DNA of 14,042 nt from NCBI GenBank assembly GCA_048938025.1, contig JBHLMP010000064.1, positions 2,851 through 16,892 of the forward strand, in the 5' to 3' direction. Every line of letters begins with the position of its first letter. Within the stretch, counting starts at the first letter, position 1. Below, piece by piece: positions 8,365-14,042 of this stretch. A model generated the notes under the pieces. That model was not told the origin of the DNA and ran no database searches. It was given only the letters and a program-made list of their open reading frames with translations. The position numbers and the translations under genes were made by a program. This stretch comes from Promethearchaeota archaeon (lineage in GTDB: Archaea > Asgardarchaeota > Lokiarchaeia > Sigyniarchaeales > SOKP01).

Positions 8365-8391
8365 ATTAAAATTATTATTAATAATTTTAAT
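8365..8391. repeat. Perfect 12-bp inverted repeat ATTAAAATTATT-N3-AATAATTTTAAT
   Basis: Read directly from the sequence. It overlaps a second perfect palindrome, TAATAATTATTA (8357-8368). All A/T, so significance is limited. Confidence 0.55.
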
Positions 8392-8501
8392 GTAATTCTT
8401 ATTCACGAGAAATCAATAAATAAGACGAAAATCAAAATAACTTAAAATATGAATTTTTAACTCTTAGGACACAATTTAGAATTAAAAAAGTCCCTAAAAA
8501 T

Positions 8502-10652
8502 TTATAACTCTCCTTTATGAGCTTTAAGTTTAACTGTTAGATCCCTAGCTCGCTTTGAATACCATATTAACAACTCACCAGCATCTTCAGGTTTGAAATA
8601 TTCACCTCCACATAAAGCAGCAGCTCGACTCATCAATTCATCATCTGGGTTACCCATACCAACAAGATATACAACAATATTTGGGTTGTCTGCCAATTTC
8701 TTAATTTCATTGAAAAAAGCATCGCCATCCGTTGGTACGCCGTCTGTAAGGAAGACTATCATCGTTGGTTGATCTGGACTTAATCTATCAAATTCTGCTA
8801 ATACCTGCTGTGCTGAAAGCATTGCAGGGCCCATATTAGTAGCTTGTCCATAGGCATTACCAATCCTATCAACAATTAACCTTGCAGCCTCTTCAAGAAC
8901 TCCTTTTTTACCACTTGCAGAATCCATATAGAAGGAATTTCCGAAAGGGAGTATTTGTGCTTCATCGGCGAAGCGGATTACAGAGACTTTTTCCCCAAAG
9001 CCTCTTCCAACCTTTTCACTTAAGAAAAGGACTGCTGCAAATGCTGCAGATATCCTACGAGGTATGTAAATACCATCTTTGAAGTGTTTTAAAAATTCTT
9101 GAATTTCTCTAGATTCCATAGCTGCTTTTATCCCCTCAATAGCGGGAGCAATATTGGTAACAAAGACATCGCGTGCCATCATTGACCGGCTGATATCAAT
9201 TATCAAAATAGCGTTAAAGGGGATCAATCCAGTTGGACTTAAACTCAATGCTGTATTTTCTGTTACCTTAGCAAAAATATCTCCAGTTAGATCAGGAACA
9301 GTTTTTAGAATTGAACAAGCAATATTTACTGCAGACCATCTGAGTTTAATACCCTTGAAAATAATATAATTAGAGATCCAGCCTTTTAAGGATGCTACAT
9401 TTTGTCGAGCGGTACTTATAATTTCCCACATATTTTCACCAGAAATCGGGGAAATTCCAAGCGAAATATTTTGTAAAGGGATAATAGCTCTTTGATTCTT
9501 TGAAACTTTAACCTCAAAACTCCCGATACCCGATGCTTCGAGAATTTCGCTATCGATAATAATTGTATTATCTGCCACTGATTCTAAGATTTCAACTTTA
9601 CCAGCTCCGATCGCTCCTGTTAACTCATCTTCAAATGCTAAAATATCATTTTGCATTATTGAAAGTGTATATTGAGTTCTCGGGCTAATTAGCGCATGTC
9701 CCATCAAATTAGGTTGTGATTGAACCTCTAGCATTATTTCTGAAGCTTTTTGTATTGGAGGTTCCGTAGAATAGACAACAATTTGTTGTGAGTGTACATT
9801 TGTATCTTCTTTAGTATCATTACTCATTTTAATTTGAGTATCTAAAATGTTTGCGGCATCTATTCTTGCTGAGCCCATAGCTCGTGTTAACGGATCTTCC
9901 CATGCTATAAGCATTCCTTGTCCTAGACCTAATCGTTGAACAATGGAATGACTTAGTTGTATTCTTCCTCCTTCTATAGAATTATCAATAACTGGCGTTA
10001 AAATTATTCCATTTTTCTGACTTTGTAACATATTTACATCTATTCTATTTGGATATGGTTCTGCTGGAGCTGCGGGTTCTACTGACGGCTGTCCTATAGT
10101 TGGTTGAGTGAATTGATTAGGAGTTGGTTGAGGAGGAGGAGTTGGCAATGGGGATAATGATGGTTGAGGGGTGGGTGTAGGTAGAGGAGTTGGTTTAAAA
10201 TCAGATATTGGTGCTGGTTGTGGAGTTGATATGGGTTGGGGAACAGGAGCAGGTGTAGGTTGAGGGGATGGAGCTACACTAGGTGGTGGCGTAGGTAATG
10301 GAGATAAAGTAGATGGTTGGGAAGGTTGAGGTCTTGGAATTGGTTTTGGTGCTGGAACTTTTGGAATTTTTAACATAGGAGTAAGAGATGCTGCTGCACT
10401 TACTGGGCGAATCGCTAATTCAACTCCGCTAAATTGTAATTCATCAAGTACATTTTTGGCAACTTGCCCTGCAAAATCTAAAACCATATCAGATATCTCT
10501 ATAGTTGCAGTTTTCTTTAAGTTATTATCAGGATTTACAACTTCTATTGACCCCCCATTTTTAACTCCTAATTTATCGGCATTTGATTGACAGACTACAA
10601 CTTTATTTGTAATTTCTTCATTAACATCGACAAAAATTTTAATTTCTGGCAT
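8502..10652 (-). CDS. Multidomain protein: CDC48-N-like double-psi barrel, Pro-rich linker, two more barrel repeats, CDC48 domain-2-like segment, C-terminal VWA domain
   Basis: 716 aa. The VWA domain has an intact MIDAS (LIIDISRSM ... ATNMG ... VFLTDG ... LVGMG). Barrel-like repeats include RIQLSHSIVQRLGLGQG..EDPLT and ALISPRTQYTLSIMQND..EDELT. The segment ILKTVP...KVTENTALSL resembles the end of the CDC48 N-domain. No Walker A motif. Confidence 0.75.
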   Translation of the reverse strand: MPEIKIFVDVNEEITNKVVVCQSNADKLGVKNGGSIEVVNPDNNLKKTATIEISDMVLDFAGQVAKNVLDELQFSGVELAIRPVSAAASLTPMLKIPKVPAPKPIPRPQPSQPSTLSPLPTPPPSVAPSPQPTPAPVPQPISTPQPAPISDFKPTPLPTPTPQPSLSPLPTPPPQPTPNQFTQPTIGQPSVEPAAPAEPYPNRIDVNMLQSQKNGIILTPVIDNSIEGGRIQLSHSIVQRLGLGQGMLIAWEDPLTRAMGSARIDAANILDTQIKMSNDTKEDTNVHSQQIVVYSTEPPIQKASEIMLEVQSQPNLMGHALISPRTQYTLSIMQNDILAFEDELTGAIGAGKVEILESVADNTIIIDSEILEASGIGSFEVKVSKNQRAIIPLQNISLGISPISGENMWEIISTARQNVASLKGWISNYIIFKGIKLRWSAVNIACSILKTVPDLTGDIFAKVTENTALSLSPTGLIPFNAILIIDISRSMMARDVFVTNIAPAIEGIKAAMESREIQEFLKHFKDGIYIPRRISAAFAAVLFLSEKVGRGFGEKVSVIRFADEAQILPFGNSFYMDSASGKKGVLEEAARLIVDRIGNAYGQATNMGPAMLSAQQVLAEFDRLSPDQPTMIVFLTDGVPTDGDAFFNEIKKLADNPNIVVYLVGMGNPDDELMSRAAALCGGEYFKPEDAGELLIWYSKRARDLTVKLKAHKGEL
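10050..10379 (-). repeat. Pro/Thr/Gln/Ser-rich low-complexity coding segment with a duplicated LSPLPTPPP motif (10281-10307 and 10131-10157)
   Basis: Residues ~92-201 of the 716-aa ORF. The two 9-aa copies are 150 nt apart and differ only at synonymous positions. Confidence 0.9.
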
Positions 10653-10842
10653 GATAAAATCTCAAATTTATTTTTACATTATCTATAAATTAATATATTT
10701 ATCTTTTTTAAAATAAGTGTTTTTATAATAACACAATAATGGGGATTTAACTTGAAAATCATAATTAATTCTAAAATTTTAATTCCTAACAGATATTCTA
10801 CTAAAATTTTTTTTAATGATCTTTTTAATAAAGGTTAAAAAA

Positions 10843-11244
10843 TTATGACATTGGATATCGTTTAGCGATCTCTCCTGCATAATACCTGAATACCGTTACA
10901 ACTTTCCCCAAATCGGCAGTTTGTCTTGAAGCACCCATGAGAAAGAATCTTCCGGCAGCTGAGAGAATTATAAATCCATTTTCTCCTCTCAATACTACTT
11001 CAAGCATGTGAGTGTATCCAAGAGAATTAACTGCGTCATAGCCGGATTGCATAACTACAGCACTAAGGCTTGAAAATAAATCAGGATCTATGTTATACCC
11101 CGAAACACATGAAAATGCTAAGCGTAAACCTTCACGAGTCACCAAAGCTAGGGCTTCTAACTCTGTGTATTCAGTTATACTACCTAAAAACTTACTTAAA
11201 CTTTGAGCTTCTTGGGGTGATAAATCGGACAATTTTGGCTGCAA
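10843..11244 (-). CDS. Roadblock/LC7 (MglB-like) domain protein
   Basis: 133 aa. Pattern LEALALVTREGL...DPDLFSSLSAVVM...LG...LEVVLRGENGFIIL...ADLG is typical of Roadblock/LC7. TTG start; an in-frame CTG lies immediately upstream. Confidence 0.9.
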   Translation of the reverse strand: MQPKLSDLSPQEAQSLSKFLGSITEYTELEALALVTREGLRLAFSCVSGYNIDPDLFSSLSAVVMQSGYDAVNSLGYTHMLEVVLRGENGFIILSAAGRFFLMGASRQTADLGKVVTVFRYYAGEIAKRYPMS

Positions 11245-11282
11245 CAGTTATTTTTAATTCAATTAATAAATATAAAGTGTTT

Positions 11283-11319
11283 TAGGTTTAAAAATTTATA
11301 TCTCAAATTTTAAATCCTA
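11283..11319. repeat. Imperfect inverted repeat TAGGTTTAAAAATTT-N7-AAATTTTAAATCCTA upstream of the Roadblock gene
   Basis: 13 of 15 arm positions are complementary. It lies just upstream of a TATA-like TTTATATT (11269-11276, minus strand). Confidence 0.5.
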
Positions 11320-11462
11320 GTTATATTTTAAAGTTTAGTTGCGGTTTTCTCAATTTAGTTGAAGTATCAATTAAAAGAAAGTGAGTTTAGGATTTTGCTT
11401 TTTATAATTAGTTATTTTAAAAAGATTTAATAAGAAAATAGAAGCTGGAAAGGATAATGTTT

Positions 11463-12308
11463 CTACTTTCCACCAAGTTGTTCTTTAATTTGTTCTTTTA
11501 AAAGTTCTCTTTTATCCTTTGATTGTACTGGTTTTATTAGTGTGCCAGCGCGTTTTAAAAATTCAATAGCAATTATTTTTCCGTTTTCTGACAAAATGCG
11601 AGGTGAATAGTCCTCAGCAAAAAAGATACCTTCTGGAATAGACCCTACTTTTGATATCTCTTTTGTAACTTCTTTCTTACCTAAAAATTGTTGAACCCTT
11701 TCTACAACTGAATATGCTTGATTTCCAATAATAATAAGTTCTCTTTCAAAACCAGCAGGTATCTGAATTTCTTCTAGTCTTTTCATAACACCTTGAAAAT
11801 CTACTTGGCTTTCATCTCGCATAAGAGCTACCATGGAACCTTCTCCAGTATAGAGAGGTCCTCTATTTATAGCAGCACGCTCTTTGCTTCCTGCTATATT
11901 CATCCCTTCAGCTGGTCTTGGAGTACCAAAAATATTTTTTTCCCTTAAAGGATGCACCACAGGAGCGGATGCTTGCGTGACTGGTTCAGCTTTAATCTCT
12001 TTTGCATGACCTGCTACTGTCTTTCCACCAATCAATCGTATAAATTCTGGTTCTTCTTCACCCTCATCAAGCGGAACTACAGCATAATGTAACCCTACTT
12101 GTCCTCTGATTTCTTGGCTTCGTTTAGCTCCAATGAATTTAGATCTAACGCTACTACTTATTCCTTTCCAGAGATATACTTTTCTTACTTCATCAGCAAC
12201 TATAACATAGCATTCACTAGTTTCTAAAACGTCTTTTATCGGTTCTTCAGAAATAATTTCAGTAGTTGTACCATCGGGTCTGATTAAAAACACTTGAAGT
12301 CCAACCAA
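11463..12308 (-). CDS. Gelsolin-like domain protein (single N-terminal gelsolin domain, linker, unidentified C-terminal domain)
   Basis: Residues ~1-95 contain ECYVIV...KVYLWKG..SS...KFIGA...LDEGEEEPEFIRLIG, matching the gelsolin-repeat consensus (vyvWvG..s....k..a ... v.eG.E..eF). TTG start with a GAGGT RBS. Confidence 0.85.
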   Translation of the reverse strand: MVGLQVFLIRPDGTTTEIISEEPIKDVLETSECYVIVADEVRKVYLWKGISSSVRSKFIGAKRSQEIRGQVGLHYAVVPLDEGEEEPEFIRLIGGKTVAGHAKEIKAEPVTQASAPVVHPLREKNIFGTPRPAEGMNIAGSKERAAINRGPLYTGEGSMVALMRDESQVDFQGVMKRLEEIQIPAGFERELIIIGNQAYSVVERVQQFLGKKEVTKEISKVGSIPEGIFFAEDYSPRILSENGKIIAIEFLKRAGTLIKPVQSKDKRELLKEQIKEQLGGK

Positions 12309-12312
12309 TCTT

Positions 12313-12317
12313 ACCTC
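12313..12317 (-). promoter_or_regulatory. Shine-Dalgarno-like GAGGT
   Basis: Minus strand reads GTTGAGGTAAGATTG, supporting a start at or near the TTG at 12308. Confidence 0.6.
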
Positions 12318-12448
12318 AACTCAAAGATTCATTATGGTTAATTAAATATATAATAATATTAGGATTTAATAAACTTTTATTTTAATAAAAATTCACTTCC
12401 TAACAATCTTATATTTTTTTTAATTATTTTTAATTCTTTTCAAAAATG

Positions 12449-14020
12449 TTAAGAACTGATTATGCTATCGATTGCATCATTAATGTTAGCTATCATATCT
12501 GTTGTTGTAAAGCGATCTCCTAAATTTTTTTTGCAATATTCCCCTATATAACCATTAAGAAATGCTGCTGAACATGCTGATTCAAAAGGATCGTTATTTG
12601 TTGCTAGAAAGGAGGCACATAATCCTGCTAAAACATCGCCAGTTCCTCCAATTGACATTTCAGGGCAACCTGTTTTATTAATTTTTAGTTTTTTATTATT
12701 TGTGATATAATCATATGGACCTTTTACTAAAAAAGTAGTATTAAGCTTTTTTGCCAGAGCAAAAATCATATTTGCTCTTTCTTCTATTTTATCATAAGAT
12801 GGTAAATCCAAATTAGCCATTATTTTTAATTCCCCTTGATGAGGTGTTAAGATAGCTCTCTCACCTTTAATCAAATCAAGATGATTCTTAACTAATTTTA
12901 ATGCATCGGCATCAAGAACATAAGATTTTTGTTTCTCTTTTAAATACCCTAGTAGTTTTACTAATAATTCTTCTGTTTCTTTTTCTATGCCTAAACCTGG
13001 ACCAATTACTATTGTATTAGACCAATCTATTAGCTCTTTTATCTCTTCTAAGGCTTTTATGTTTAACCAATTTCCTGGATTAGTTCTAACAATCATATTT
13101 GGTGAATAACTTCTAATAACATTACCGATAACTTCTGGTACATAGGTTATTACTAAATCACATCCAAAATGAATTGCTGTTAGAGAAGCATAAGCTGGTG
13201 CTCCAGAATAATTTTTTGAACCGCCTATTATTAGGATTTTTCCAAATTGGCCTTTATAAGCATCTATCTTTCTTACTTTTAAGGTAGGGATTAGATCACC
13301 TCTTCCAACAAATAGTTTAGCTTCTTGGGGAATGCCTATTGATTTTTCTAGTATCTCTTTCATATATTCATTAGTTCTAGACATTCCGATTTTAGAACTA
13401 TGGAAGGTTATAACTAAATCTGCCTTTACAGCCTTATCAGTAACTTTTCCGGTACTTGGATCTAAGCCAGAAGGAACATCAATCGAAACAACTTTAAGTC
13501 TTTCCGGATCTTCTTTTTTAAGATCATTAATTAAATCTATTGTAGATGCAATAGGTTCCCTAATTTTTCCCTTAATCCCCGTTCCTAATAATCCATCTAC
13601 TAATAAACTATACTCTTTATCTTTTTTAATAGTATTATAAATTTTGTTTAAATCTTTAGAATCCCTAATAATTTCTATATCTATTGAATACGTAAGATTA
13701 TTAAAAATAATATTCCAATTTATTTGTGCCTCGTTAGTTCTTATATTATCAGGAGCTCCTATTAGAATTACTAAAGATCTATTACCGTAGGAAGATAAAT
13801 GTCTGGCTATACCAAAACCGTCACCTCCATTATTACCAGTTCCGCAAAAAATAGCTGCTTTCGAACTAGATCTTAAATAACCTCTGTTCATGACTTCACT
13901 TGCAAAAGCATAACCTGCACATTCCATTAAATAACTCTTTGGAATGCCTAACCATTCAGAGTTATTATCTAAAATTGCCATCTCTTCAGAAGTGATTTTT
14001 TCAGAATTAAATGGTTTCAT
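12449..14020 (-). CDS. nnr: Bifunctional NAD(P)H-hydrate epimerase / dehydratase (YjeF-N plus carbohydrate-kinase domain)
   Basis: Epimerase motifs LMECAG, CGTGNNGGDG, VDGLLGTG and SIDVPSG. Dehydratase motifs IIGGSKNYSGA, IGPGLG, LDADAL, LTPHQGE, LVKG and GGTGDVLAG. Confidence 0.96.
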   Translation of the reverse strand: MKPFNSEKITSEEMAILDNNSEWLGIPKSYLMECAGYAFASEVMNRGYLRSSSKAAIFCGTGNNGGDGFGIARHLSSYGNRSLVILIGAPDNIRTNEAQINWNIIFNNLTYSIDIEIIRDSKDLNKIYNTIKKDKEYSLLVDGLLGTGIKGKIREPIASTIDLINDLKKEDPERLKVVSIDVPSGLDPSTGKVTDKAVKADLVITFHSSKIGMSRTNEYMKEILEKSIGIPQEAKLFVGRGDLIPTLKVRKIDAYKGQFGKILIIGGSKNYSGAPAYASLTAIHFGCDLVITYVPEVIGNVIRSYSPNMIVRTNPGNWLNIKALEEIKELIDWSNTIVIGPGLGIEKETEELLVKLLGYLKEKQKSYVLDADALKLVKNHLDLIKGERAILTPHQGELKIMANLDLPSYDKIEERANMIFALAKKLNTTFLVKGPYDYITNNKKLKINKTGCPEMSIGGTGDVLAGLCASFLATNNDPFESACSAAFLNGYIGEYCKKNLGDRFTTTDMIANINDAIDSIISS

Positions 14021-14042
14021 AACAATTTAATTTAAGATTTTG

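Noticed and set aside
8464-8497. TTAGGAC...GTCCCTAA possible terminator hairpin after the VWA gene
   Set aside because: Short imperfect stem with a long loop; archaeal termination is usually at oligo-T tracts, so it is too weak to call.
10050-10379. G-rich repetitive stretch as a possible CRISPR array or ncRNA
   Set aside because: No constant repeat-spacer period; fully explained by proline codons on the minus strand.
8502-12308. VWA plus gelsolin genes as a split Sec23/Sec24 homologue
   Set aside because: No zinc finger or Sec23-type helical domain is visible, the VWA has an intact MIDAS, and it is preceded by CDC48-N-like barrels.
8882-13640. Plus-strand ORFs 8882-9082, 9154-9369, 11070-11285 and 13332-13640
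   Set aside because: Antisense overlaps of the VWA, Roadblock and nnr genes; short, without motifs or RBS.

Overview
AT-rich archaeal-type window, almost certainly from an Asgard archaeon (Lokiarchaeia-like). This is inferred from the co-occurrence of an actin-related protein, a gelsolin-domain protein and a Roadblock/LC7 protein, together with TATA-box-like promoters and GAGGT ribosome-binding sites. All 11 credible genes lie on the minus strand. In transcription order they are: NAD(P)HX epimerase/dehydratase; gelsolin-domain protein; Roadblock/LC7 protein; a CDC48-N-like/Pro-rich/VWA protein with no ATPase domain; AbrB-ACT regulator; basic/coiled-coil hypothetical protein; divergent actin-related protein; large helical protein with an apparently inactive CHAT (caspase-fold) domain; PLD-fold protein lacking the HKD motif; orphan N6-adenine DNA methyltransferase; and the 5' end of a DEAD-box helicase that the ORF track missed and that appears to start at CTG. 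The most notable signal is a cluster of eukaryotic-signature cytoskeletal genes containing three consecutive apparent pseudo-enzymes (ARP, CHAT, PLD fold). All domain calls come from motifs recognised by eye, not from database searches.
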